Below are positions 1 through 8,446 of a stretch of 64,000 nucleotides of DNA, one piece after another. Location of the stretch: assembly GCA_041650935.1 (NCBI GenBank), contig JBAZKH010000002.1:64372-128371 (forward strand), given 5' to 3'. This stretch comes from Candidatus Omnitrophota bacterium. Its GTDB lineage: Bacteria > Omnitrophota > Gorgyraeia > 2-01-FULL-45-10. Numbering within the stretch: the stretch's first letter is position 1; each line of letters opens with the position of its first letter. Both the position numbers and the translations under genes were made by a program. A model generated the notes under the pieces. The model made no database searches, was not told the DNA's origin, and saw only the letters and a program-made list of their open reading frames with translations.

Positions 1-778
1 GATACTCTTTTACGAAGCTCTCGGGCTGACACCGCCGCAATTCGGCCACATGCCGCTTATAATGGGCGCCGACGGCGCGAAACTATCCAAGCGCCACGGA
101 GGCGTTTCCGTCGAAGAGTACAAAAAAGAAGGGTTTCTGCCGGAAGCGCTTGTCAACTACCTGTTATTGCTCGGCTGGTCGCCGGGCGGCGACCGGGAGC
201 TCATCGGCCTGGATGAAGCCGTGAAGTTATTCAATATCGATGATATGAAGGGCGTCCAGGCAAAATTCGACCTGATAAAACTCAAATGGATGAACGGCGA
301 ATATATCGCCGCGCACCCGGACGCGGCTCTTTTACCGCTAATAAAAAAACAGATGACGGATGAAGGTAAACCGCCTGCCGCTCCGGACGAAACATTGCTC
401 AAAGTGATAGGTTTATATAAAGTGCGCATTAAGACGCTTTCCGAATTTGTCGGCATGACCGACTATTTCTTCGCCGATACTTATTCGGTCGAGGAGAAAG
501 CCGCCGAAAAGTACTTGTCGGGAGCCGGATCAAAAGATATCCTGAAAGAATTTTCCGCAAAGCTCGAAAAAATAGAAGATTTTTCCCATGGTGTTATTGA
601 GGAAGCCTGCCGCGCGCTGGCCGCGGAAAAAGGGGTGAAGGCGGGCCAGATAATTCATCCCACCAGAGTTGCGATAAGCGGTAAGACGACCGGAGCAGGG
701 CTATTCGAGATGATGGAGGTCCTGGGTAAGCCCAAGGTCCTGGAGCGCATGCAAAAAGCCGCCGGGGTTTCCGCATAG
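1..778 (+). CDS. gltX: Glutamyl-tRNA synthetase, C-terminal part (the gene starts upstream of the window)
   Basis: Translation from position 2 gives ...[22 protein letters not shown], the class I KMSKS-region signature of GluRS. The anticodon-binding C-terminal domain follows. The reading frame is open from the window edge. Confidence 0.85.
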   Translation, partial: ILFYEALGLTPPQFGHMPLIMGADGAKLSKRHGGVSVEEYKKEGFLPEALVNYLLLLGWSPGGDRELIGLDEAVKLFNIDDMKGVQAKFDLIKLKWMNGEYIAAHPDAALLPLIKKQMTDEGKPPAAPDETLLKVIGLYKVRIKTLSEFVGMTDYFFADTYSVEEKAAEKYLSGAGSKDILKEFSAKLEKIEDFSHGVIEEACRALAAEKGVKAGQIIHPTRVAISGKTTGAGLFEMMEVLGKPKVLERMQKAAGVSA

Positions 779-792
779 AAGGGCGACGTAGA

Positions 793-2475
793 ATGGAAAA
801 TACCAAATCCACAAATTTCATACGCGAGATAATAGACGAGCATCTGAAGACCGGCAGGTTCGCCCAAAAGGTCCATACGCGGTTTCCGCCGGAACCGAAC
901 GGCTATCTCCATATAGGGCACGCGAAATCGATCTGTCTTAATTTCGGTATCGCCCGGGATTATAAAGGATTATGCAACCTCCGCATGGACGATACAAACC
1001 CGGAAAAAGAAGAAGTCGAATATGTCGACTCTATCATTGAAGATGTCCGGTGGCTCGGGTTCGACTGGCAGGACCGGTTATTCTACGCCTCCGACTATTT
1101 CGAAAAGATATACGGATACGCGGTAGAATTGATAAAGACAGGCAAGGCATACGTATGCGATCTTGACGCAGACCAGATCCGCGAATACCGCGGCACCCTG
1201 ACAAAGCCCGGTAAGCCGAGCCCGTCCCGCCTCCGGACGGCCGGTGAGAATCTTGCGCTCTTCGAGCGCATGAGGCAGGGCGAATTTCCCGACGGCGCCA
1301 AGACTCTCCGGGCGAAGATCGATATGCAGAGCCGGCATATAATAATGCGCGACCCGGTCCTTTACCGGATCAAGCGCGAGCACCACCACCGTACGCTCGA
1401 CAAATGGTGCATATATCCAATGTATGATTTTGCGCACTGCATCTCCGATTCGATCGAGGGCATCACGCATTCGATTTGCACGCTCGAATTCGAAAATAAC
1501 AGGCCTCTCTACGACTGGATCCTCGACAACCTGAATATTTATCACCCTCAGCAGATCGAATTTGCGCGGCTTAACTTAAGCCACACGGTCTTAAGCAAGC
1601 GCAAACTCCTGCAGCTCGTCAACGAAAAGCTCGTCGAGGGATGGGACGATCCGCGTATGCCGACTATCTCCGGTTTTAGGAGACGCGGCTATACGCCGGC
1701 GGCAATAAGGGGCTTCTGCGATGAGATCGGTGTCTCGAAGATGGATTCGATAATAGAGCTGGCGGTGCTGGAGAACTCGATACGAAATGAACTGAACAAG
1801 ACGGCCCCACGCGCCATGGCGGTCTTAAAGCCGGTGAAGCTTGTTATTACAAATTACCCTGAGGGCAAGACCGAAGAACTCGACGCGGTAAATAATCCCG
1901 AGGACCCGTCGGCGGGAACGCGCAAGATCGTATTCGCGCGGGAACTTTATATAGAGGCAGATGATTTCCGCGAAGTGCCGCCTCCGAAATTCTTCAGGTT
2001 ATCGCCCAGTAAAGAGGTGCGCCTCAGGTACGCGTACTTCGTAAAGTGCACGGAGGTGATGAAGGACGCCTCCGGCAGGATCGCCGAGATACGATGCGTA
2101 TATGATCCGGCAACACGGGGCGGGGACGCGCCGGACGGACGAAAGGTGAAGGCGACGCTCCATTGGGTGTCGGCCCGCCAGGCCGTAGACGCGGAGGTCC
2201 GGCTCTATAATACGCTTTTTACTAAACGCGCGCCGGACGATGTCCCGGAGGGCGCCGATTTCAAGGCCAATCTGAACCCGAAATCCCTCGAGGTGCTGAC
2301 CGGATGTAAACTTGAGCCCGGGCTTACCAGAGCAGTTGCGGGAAGCCGCTATCAATTCGAGCGGCTAGGCTATTTTTACCTCGATCACGTTGCCGCTAAA
2401 GAGGGTAAGCGCATTTTTAACCGGATCGTTACGCTCAAAGACGAATGGGCGAAGATTCAGCAAAAGAAGCATTGA
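793..2475 (+). CDS. glnS: Glutaminyl-tRNA synthetase
   Basis: 560 aa. N-terminus has [16 protein letters not shown] (HIGH motif). GlnRS-like length and C-terminal beta-barrel region. Sits next to tRNA-Gln. Confidence 0.9.
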   Translation: MENTKSTNFIREIIDEHLKTGRFAQKVHTRFPPEPNGYLHIGHAKSICLNFGIARDYKGLCNLRMDDTNPEKEEVEYVDSIIEDVRWLGFDWQDRLFYASDYFEKIYGYAVELIKTGKAYVCDLDADQIREYRGTLTKPGKPSPSRLRTAGENLALFERMRQGEFPDGAKTLRAKIDMQSRHIIMRDPVLYRIKREHHHRTLDKWCIYPMYDFAHCISDSIEGITHSICTLEFENNRPLYDWILDNLNIYHPQQIEFARLNLSHTVLSKRKLLQLVNEKLVEGWDDPRMPTISGFRRRGYTPAAIRGFCDEIGVSKMDSIIELAVLENSIRNELNKTAPRAMAVLKPVKLVITNYPEGKTEELDAVNNPEDPSAGTRKIVFARELYIEADDFREVPPPKFFRLSPSKEVRLRYAYFVKCTEVMKDASGRIAEIRCVYDPATRGGDAPDGRKVKATLHWVSARQAVDAEVRLYNTLFTKRAPDDVPEGADFKANLNPKSLEVLTGCKLEPGLTRAVAGSRYQFERLGYFYLDHVAAKEGKRIFNRIVTLKDEWAKIQQKKH

Positions 2476-2575
2476 AAAACGGGCGGTTTTGGTATAAGAT
2501 TTATAGTCCGCCCTTGCTTTAACATATGGGCGGGATAATGGGACGGTTTAGACTTTGATATGCGAGATTAGCTGT

Positions 2576-2649
2576 TGCCCGGTGGTGTAATGGTAGCACG
2601 GCAGCCTCTGGAGCTGCTTGTCTAGGTTCGAATCCTAGCTGGGCAACCA
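2576..2649 (+). tRNA. tRNA-Gln (anticodon CUG)
   Basis: Manual cloverleaf. Acceptor stem TGCCCGG/CTGGGCA with one G-U pair. Anticodon stem GCAGC/GCTGC, loop CTCTGGA (U33, anticodon CTG, purine 37). T-arm CTAGGTTCGAATCCTAG. Discriminator A plus an encoded CCA. Confidence 0.85.
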
Positions 2650-2745
2650 TCCTACTTCGCTCTTAAGGCAGTCAAATAGAGTAGAGCTTCGTAGGATACC
2701 CTACGAAGCACCAGGTTATTTAAGTATTGGAGTGCGAAGTAGGGC
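2650..2745. repeat. Repeat R, copy A. About 95 bp, with terminal inverted repeats CTACTTCGC...GCGAAGTAG and an internal perfect 10-bp hairpin (GCTTCGTAGG-ATAC-CCTACGAAGC). Starts 3 nt after the tRNA-Gln CCA.
   Basis: A 38-nt core TACTTCGCTC(T/C)TAAGGCAGTCAAATAGAGTAGAGCTT is shared with 3726-3763. Both copies are bounded by the same inverted termini. Confidence 0.5.
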
Positions 2746-2848
2746 AACTATCAGTATTCGCTGACACTAGGATTTGAAAAGAGCGAGCACTGAGCGAAGC
2801 GACGACGCCCTTGCTTTTATTATATTTTTGGATATAATATAAGACCCC

Positions 2849-3262
2849 ATGATAATTTACGAAGAAATATTGCGCGAGTTCCAGAAGCAGAAGGTTAAGT
2901 ATATCCTGGTGGGCGGGATTGCGTTCAATCTATTAGGAGGAGAGCGGGCTACTCACGATATGGACGTGATTGTTGAAATGAGCGACGATAACCTGGCGAA
3001 AGCGGTCTCCATACTTAAGCGCGAAGGCTATAAAATAAAGCAACCGGTAGACCCTATGGAAATAGCGAACATAAAAACCCGTAATGATTGGATATACAAT
3101 AAGAATATGAAGGCGTTCAACTTCTACAAAAAAGATGAAATGAAGAAAGTGGATATTATTATAGATTCTCCGGTGCAGTATCAAAAAGCCGAAAAAGACA
3201 AGGTTAAGATTAAGAGCGGCATATTGAATATACCGGCAGGCCCATGGACCAGTTTGATGTAA
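2849..3262 (+). CDS. Hypothetical nucleotidyltransferase-fold protein (MNT/AbiEii-like motif)
   Basis: 137 aa. The motif LVGGIAFNLLGGERATHDMDVIV resembles the Pol-beta nucleotidyltransferase G-G/S...D-x-D signature. A possible 53-aa ORF follows on + at 3303-3464. Confidence 0.35.
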   Translation: MIIYEEILREFQKQKVKYILVGGIAFNLLGGERATHDMDVIVEMSDDNLAKAVSILKREGYKIKQPVDPMEIANIKTRNDWIYNKNMKAFNFYKKDEMKKVDIIIDSPVQYQKAEKDKVKIKSGILNIPAGPWTSLM

Positions 3263-3501
3263 AAACCCTTAAAAATATAGAAAAAATTAGCAAAGAAATA
3301 AGATGAATTTTAGATGGGAGACGGAAAAAGAAAAGTTGTTGCGTTCGATGAAGGTCTCTCCGCAGAAGAAGATGGAGTGGCTTAATGAGATGCACGATTT
3401 TTTGCTTTCTACGGCCACACCTAAAAGGAAAAAGATTTTTTGGAAATTGAGAGGAATTAAGTAAAAACTTCGCACATAACAATTTGGAATATACAGATTT
3501 T

Positions 3502-3586
3502 GCGCGGGTGGTGGAACTGGCAGACACGACAGTTTGAGGGGCTGTTGGGGCAACCCTTGCAGGTTCAAGTCCTGTCCCGCGCACCA
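3502..3586 (+). tRNA. tRNA-Leu (anticodon GAG), type II with long variable arm
   Basis: Acceptor stem GCGCGGG/CCCGCGC. Anticodon stem ACAGT/GCTGT, loop TTGAGGG (anticodon GAG). Long variable arm, T-loop TTCAAGT, discriminator A plus CCA. Confidence 0.85.
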
Positions 3587-3704
3587 TTTTAGTCAGTACG
3601 AGTATGGACTTGAAGCGAGCGAGCGCCGAGCAAAGCGAGGAAAAGCGCTATGCGCGACAGCGAGCGAGGTGAGGTTACGCAGCCGCCTATGGCGGCGTAG
3701 TAAC

Positions 3705-3725
3705 CAAGTCCTGTCCCGCGCACCA
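3705..3725 (+). repeat. Exact 21-bp direct duplicate of the tRNA-Leu 3' end (CAAGTCCTGTCCCGCGCACCA, identical to 3566-3586)
   Basis: Read directly from the sequence. The two copies bracket a 118-bp GC-rich segment (3587-3704). Confidence 0.8.
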
Positions 3726-3811
3726 TACTTCGCTCCTAAGGCAGTCAAATAGAGTAGAGCTTTGCCCTACGAAGCTCTACCCTTATCTAAGCGTCTTAAG
3801 AGCGAAGTAGG
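3726..3811. repeat. Repeat R, copy B. Starts immediately after the duplicated tRNA-Leu 3' fragment and ends 1 nt before tRNA-Glu.
   Basis: Same termini (TACTTCGCTCC...GAGCGAAGTAG) and core as 2650-2745. Internal hairpin GTAGAGCTTTGCCCTACGAAGCTCTAC. Confidence 0.5.
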
Positions 3812-3889
3812 GGCCTCATCGTCTAGCCTGGCCTAGGACATTAGGTTCTCAGCCTAAAGACTGGGGTTCAAATCCCCATGGGGCTACCA
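3812..3889 (+). tRNA. tRNA-Glu (anticodon CUC)
   Basis: Acceptor stem GGCCTCA/TGGGGCT with two G-U pairs. Anticodon stem TTAGG/CCTAA, loop TTCTCAG (anticodon CTC). T-arm TGGGGTTCAAATCCCCA. Discriminator A plus CCA. Confidence 0.75.
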
Positions 3890-3929
3890 TATATTCTGCC
3901 TCGAACCAGAGAGGCAGAGAAAATCAGCT

Positions 3930-3963
3930 GTAGGGCACCTTTAAAGGTGCCCTACGTATTTTT
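3930..3963 (+). terminator. Rho-independent terminator after the tRNA cluster: perfect palindrome GTAGGGCACCTTTAAAGGTGCCCTAC followed by GTATTTTT
   Basis: 11-bp perfect stem plus a T-run. A second hairpin, TCTGCCTC...GAGGCAGA, lies at 3895-3918. Confidence 0.6.
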
Positions 3964-4177
3964 CAATTTGTCGTCGAGGAAATCAGAGATACCGCACCAG
4001 CTTGATCGATCCTGCCAGCATTGGCTCTGACCATCGGATTCTACGGAAGCAGCTCAAATCCAGCCAAAACACGCGTTTATTAACGCTCTAACTCTCTTAG
4101 TTAATCGATGGACAGTTAATGGAATATTGACCGACTATTTGCGAGATTTGAGGTAGTGATTTAGCAGGTTAATTCCA

Positions 4178-4558
4178 TTAACTGCTTTTGAGGAGAAAGT
4201 CCCACATCTTGATCTGTTTTTCCCAGAGAGGTTCTTTGACGATATTGCGGATGCTGTATTCGCCGAGAGCGAATAATCGCTTGTTTTTGGATAGTAGAAT
4301 ATCTTTCTGAATCTTCGGACATAACAAAAGAATCTCCATTATCTGGCACATTCGCGCTGGCGTCATATTAAGCCACTCCGATATCTGCCTTGAAGTCATG
4401 CCTGAGTCTTTTTCAAGCATATCCTTTATCTGATAAGCGAGAATCAAGTATTGGCGCAGCTTCGGCTCTTGAGATAGCTTTAGCATGTTGTACTTATGCG
4501 ATTTATGCCGCACAGGTTTTAAGTCTATTTTGAATTCAAACTTCAAGTCAGTTCCCAT
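4178..4558 (-). pseudogene. C-terminal segment of a large serine recombinase, in a different frame from 4570-6144. Either a frameshift (pseudogene or sequencing error) or a programmed shift.
   Basis: The translation (KFEFKIDLKPVRHK...LSQEPKLRQYLILAYQI...ISEWLNMTPARMCQIMEILL) is collinear with the C-terminus of the intact paralogue 32347-33942 (HQFALKLAELKHIPYHRQ...SKEPLIRQNLILAHQI...IAGWIGISPARICHIATMLL). Stop coordinates differ mod 3. Confidence 0.6.
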
Positions 4559-4569
4559 AAAATCCTCGC

Positions 4570-6144
4570 TTATTTTAAGTCCTTTTGCAGTTCTGGATGC
4601 AATAGCAGGTATAGGAATTTAAGTCCGTTGTGGTTTAACGTGAGCGCGATTTTGCCGTCCATAGCGCTATAATCGATCCGTTTAACCATGAGTTTTAATG
4701 CTTTGTATTTTTCCTGAGGGAAAAGTGTCTCCCAGATAGGGGAGTTCATTATAAGCGCCTGCGAAAGTTCGTGATCCGTGATGAGTTTTTGTCCAAGCGT
4801 CATCTCTTTTACACGAGCTTCGGTTAATAAGCGGTCAAAGTCGCCATGTTTAGCAGTTAAATTTTTCAATTGGAGTTCCAGCTCTCTCTTATTACAATCC
4901 GGGTTCTTTAACGATTCTTTTACAGTCTCGATTTTTTCATTTAAGGTACGGGCATCTTTAATAAGAGTTTTCATCTCCTTATTATGAGTTTCAATCTCCT
5001 TTTGGATCTGCTCGTTTACATCGCGCAGCGCTTCTTTGCGCAGTTCCGACTCATTGGCTATTTTTATTAATGAGACCACTACTGCGTTTTCAATATCCTG
5101 CGCATTAACAGATCTTGTAGGGCATCCAGAATAACCGCGCTTATGAGCGTTTAAGCAGACATAGTAGCGGTATTTTCGGCCGTCTTTCTTACTGCTGTAA
5201 GTATGAAACATAAGGCTGTTACAGGCCTTGCAGTGCAGGGCGCTGCCAAGGAGGCCTGTATTAGGCGTATTCTTGGAATAGTCGCGCCTTACGCGGTTAC
5301 CCGCGATAATTTCCTGCGCTTTATTGAATGTTTCATCCGAGACTATGGCATCATGCGAGCCTTTGTAGAGTTCGCCGTTATATTTGACCTTGCCGATATA
5401 GAGCACATTATTTAATATGTGACTGATATTCGATGCCTTGAACCTTATGCCTCCGTGATCGCCTGATTTGGTCGGATGGCGTTTGGTAAGATAGCCTTTT
5501 TCATTCAGTATCTTCGCTACTGATAGCAGGGTTCTCTTTTTCAAGTATAGGTCGAATATCTCGCGTACCAGTTGTGCGTCTTTTTCGTTCACTACAATCC
5601 TATGATTTGCTTTATCGAGATCATAGCCTAATATCGGACGGCCTCCGAGCCATTTGCCTTTCTTACGAGCAGCTCCCATCTTGTCTTTAACACGCTCGCT
5701 GATAATCTCGCGTTCGAATTGGGCGAAGGAAAGAAGGATGTTGAGCGTAAGGCGCCCCATAGAATTATTGGTGTTAAAGGCTTGAGTTACGGATACGAAG
5801 ACGACGTTATTTTTCTCGAAGAGTTCGAGCAGTTGAACGAAATCGAGCAAGGATCGCGATAGCCTATCGACTTTATAGACCACAACGCAGTTAATCTTGC
5901 CTTCTTTAATATCGGCGATTAGCTTTCGCAAGGCAGGCCTTTCGGTATTAGCGCCCGTATAGCCTCCATCATCGTATCGATCCGGTAATAATATCCATCC
6001 TTCGCTCTTTTGGCTATTAATATAACTCTCAGAGGATTCGCGCTGGTTATCCAAAGACGTGAAGTCCCGGTCTAAGCCCTCGCTTGTGGACTTACGCGTA
6101 TAGATCGCGCAGTATAATCGTTTTGTGACAGTCTTTTCAGCCAT
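4570..6144 (-). CDS. Large serine recombinase: resolvase/invertase catalytic domain, recombinase domain and zinc-ribbon region. Truncated relative to its paralogue.
   Basis: N-terminus YCAIYTRKSTSEGLDRDFTSLDNQRE carries the catalytic Ser context. Also VVYKVDRLSRS. Cys-rich segment HCKACNSL...YYVC. 524 aa against 531 aa for the paralogue. Confidence 0.8.
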   Translation of the reverse strand: MAEKTVTKRLYCAIYTRKSTSEGLDRDFTSLDNQRESSESYINSQKSEGWILLPDRYDDGGYTGANTERPALRKLIADIKEGKINCVVVYKVDRLSRSLLDFVQLLELFEKNNVVFVSVTQAFNTNNSMGRLTLNILLSFAQFEREIISERVKDKMGAARKKGKWLGGRPILGYDLDKANHRIVVNEKDAQLVREIFDLYLKKRTLLSVAKILNEKGYLTKRHPTKSGDHGGIRFKASNISHILNNVLYIGKVKYNGELYKGSHDAIVSDETFNKAQEIIAGNRVRRDYSKNTPNTGLLGSALHCKACNSLMFHTYSSKKDGRKYRYYVCLNAHKRGYSGCPTRSVNAQDIENAVVVSLIKIANESELRKEALRDVNEQIQKEIETHNKEMKTLIKDARTLNEKIETVKESLKNPDCNKRELELQLKNLTAKHGDFDRLLTEARVKEMTLGQKLITDHELSQALIMNSPIWETLFPQEKYKALKLMVKRIDYSAMDGKIALTLNHNGLKFLYLLLHPELQKDLK

Positions 6145-6151
6145 AACTCAC

Positions 6152-6661
6152 CTAAAGGTTAAAAAACGCGTATCCATTCCAGTGCGCCCCTGTTATCGCG
6201 CTGGCTACAGCGCCGATAGTCTTATAAAATTTGCCATTATATTCAAAGCCTTTTTCAAGCGCTTTGACGCGAATTTCAGTGCTCTTATAGTTCTTGGTAA
6301 TGATGGTGCCCGGGATAGGGAGCCTTCTATCTCGCGTAATAAGCTGTTTATTGGCGATATCAGGCCGCAGCGTCTTATTATTGATAGGATCAAATTCATT
6401 AACCAGTTCCTTAACCTTGTTATATACCGGTTCCGGAAGGCCGCCGTATTCGATCTCCTGTATCCGATAAGCTATCCTCTGCCACAGATACGTCTTATTA
6501 TTCGAAGTCGCCTTTTTGCCGTCAAATAGCTCCGAATATCGCGCTTGAAGCTCCGGAACAGCCATCTCTTTTAAGGCCAATATTTGCTCTAAAATCGCCT
6601 CATTCATTGCCAAAACCTCCTCTCTAACCTCATTACATATAGGCCATACTAACTGCCGCAA
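6152..6661 (-). CDS. DUF2924-family protein (frequent partner of large serine recombinases)
   Basis: 169 aa. The C-terminus RLPIPGTIITKNYKSTEIRVKALEKGFEYNGKFYKTIGAVASAITGAHWNGYAFFNL is nearly identical in pattern to 33951-34394. Sits immediately upstream of the recombinase in both copies. Confidence 0.65.
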   Translation of the reverse strand: MRQLVWPICNEVREEVLAMNEAILEQILALKEMAVPELQARYSELFDGKKATSNNKTYLWQRIAYRIQEIEYGGLPEPVYNKVKELVNEFDPINNKTLRPDIANKQLITRDRRLPIPGTIITKNYKSTEIRVKALEKGFEYNGKFYKTIGAVASAITGAHWNGYAFFNL

Positions 6662-6817
6662 GTCAAGGCAAAGGGAGCAGATAGTTTTGATTGTTAAAGG
6701 GGGTCAAAAGCTATATAATAAACAAGCAGATATGGCGATAATATAGCGTTATGAGATATACTGAAATGTAAATAATGCTGAAGTTTTTTAATGGAATGAC
6801 TGAGGTAAAAAATAATC

Positions 6818-8446
6818 ATGAGTAGATATAATGGTTGGTCGAGAGAAAAACTAATAGCCGAGATTAAGCGCCTAAAGAAGGGTAAGAAATTCGGGTTAGT
6901 TTGGGAAGATAAAATCGAAGACGTGGCGGAACTTTGCAAAACAAAACTACCTGTCTTAGTAGAAGTTGAGGATAAAGAAATCTCCAGCGATTCCCATGGC
7001 TCGGCTAATATTCTAATCGAAGGTGATAATTACCACGCCCTATCGGTTCTTAATTACACACATAAAGAAAAAATTGATTTTATCTATATCGATCCGCCGT
7101 ACAATACTGGTAATAATGACTTTATCTATAATGACAAATTTGTTGATGCCGAAGACCCGTATAGGCATAGTAAATGGATAGCTTTTATGGAAAAACGTCT
7201 AAGGTTAGCAAGGCCTCTTTTGAAAAAAGACGCAGTAATTTTTATTAGCATTGATGACAATGAGCAATCACAGTTGAAATTATTATGTGATGAGGTATTT
7301 AATGAGAAAAATTTTGTTTCCACGATAATTTGGCAGAGAGCATATAGCCCAAAAAATCAGTCCAAAAGAATTTCCGTTGATCATGAATATATCTTGGCAT
7401 ATGCAAAAAATATTGAATTTTTGGATTTCAAGTTACTCCCAAGAACTGAAAAAATGAATGCGAGATATAAGAATCCAGATAAAGATCCTCGTGGCAATTG
7501 GAAATCCGGTGATTTGGTGGCAAACGAAGAACGAAGAAACGGCCATTATATTATTACTGGACCTCATGGTAATAAATTTGATGCTCCTCCCGGGAAGCAT
7601 TGGAGTTTCGGAAAAGAAACGATGATGGGATTTCTGAAAGATAATCGACTTTATTTTGGAAAAGACGGGAAAGCATTTCCTTCTCTGAAACAATTTTTAA
7701 ACGAAGTCCAGCAGGGCAGGAAGGCTTCAACACTGTTTTTCCATGATCAAGCTGGTCATAATGATGAGGCGAAAAAAGAGCTAAAAGATTTTTTTGAACA
7801 ATCAGATGATTTATTTTCTACCCCAAAACCAACACGCTTGATAAAGCAACTTATGAGATTGCTAAATAAAGATGATGCGATTATTTTAGATTTCATGGCT
7901 GGCTCAGGTACAACAGCGCAAGCCGTTTTAGACCTCAACAAAGAAGATCGCGGTAATCGCCAATTTATTCTTTGCACTAACAACGAAAATAATATTTGTT
8001 CGAATGTTTGTCATCCGAGAATTAAAAAAGTTATAGTCGGCTATAAAGATATTAAAGGTGAAAAAGTCGAAGGTTTTGGTGGAAATCTAAAGTATTTCCG
8101 AACAGACTTTGTCGACGCCGATCCGACAGACAAAAATAAAAAGAAATTGACCAAGATGGCCACGGGAATGCTTTGCCTCAAGGAAGGCACTTTTGAGAAG
8201 ATAATAAACAAAAAAGCCTTCAAGATTTATAAAAATACTAACCATTACACCGGCATTGTTTTTGATCAAATGGCGATATCTGATTTCAAGGAAGCCAGTG
8301 CCAAGATGAAGGGTAAATTTAACGTCTATGTGTTCTCGCTTGGTGATGATTCTTTTGAGGAAGAATTTGATGACATTAAGCAGAAGGTTAAATTGTCCCC
8401 TATCCCCGAAGTCATTTTGCGGGTTTACAGGAGAATTTTCAAATAA
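6818..8446 (+). CDS. mod: Type III restriction-modification methyltransferase (Mod), N6-adenine/N4-cytosine DNA methyltransferase
   Basis: 542 aa. DPPY motif in FIYIDPPYNTGNNDF. C-terminal FxGxG-like MAGSGTT. Stop overlaps the start of the downstream res gene (TAATG). Confidence 0.8.
   Translation: MSRYNGWSREKLIAEIKRLKKGKKFGLVWEDKIEDVAELCKTKLPVLVEVEDKEISSDSHGSANILIEGDNYHALSVLNYTHKEKIDFIYIDPPYNTGNNDFIYNDKFVDAEDPYRHSKWIAFMEKRLRLARPLLKKDAVIFISIDDNEQSQLKLLCDEVFNEKNFVSTIIWQRAYSPKNQSKRISVDHEYILAYAKNIEFLDFKLLPRTEKMNARYKNPDKDPRGNWKSGDLVANEERRNGHYIITGPHGNKFDAPPGKHWSFGKETMMGFLKDNRLYFGKDGKAFPSLKQFLNEVQQGRKASTLFFHDQAGHNDEAKKELKDFFEQSDDLFSTPKPTRLIKQLMRLLNKDDAIILDFMAGSGTTAQAVLDLNKEDRGNRQFILCTNNENNICSNVCHPRIKKVIVGYKDIKGEKVEGFGGNLKYFRTDFVDADPTDKNKKKLTKMATGMLCLKEGTFEKIINKKAFKIYKNTNHYTGIVFDQMAISDFKEASAKMKGKFNVYVFSLGDDSFEEEFDDIKQKVKLSPIPEVILRVYRRIFK

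Noticed and set aside
1078-2355. Minus-strand ORFs (155, 68, 118 aa) inside glnS
   Set aside because: Antisense to a highly conserved synthetase gene. No independent support.
3590-3700. AGCGAG-rich tandem-like repeats considered as a possible CRISPR or minisatellite
   Set aside because: Units are irregular and short, with no repeat-spacer periodicity. No cas genes anywhere in the window.
3210-3752. Track ORFs 3210-3587(-), 3287-3568(-) and 3534-3752(+) overlapping tRNA-Leu and the duplicated tRNA fragment
   Set aside because: They overlap a well-formed tRNA cloverleaf and low-complexity GC-rich repeats. No RBS. Almost certainly spurious.
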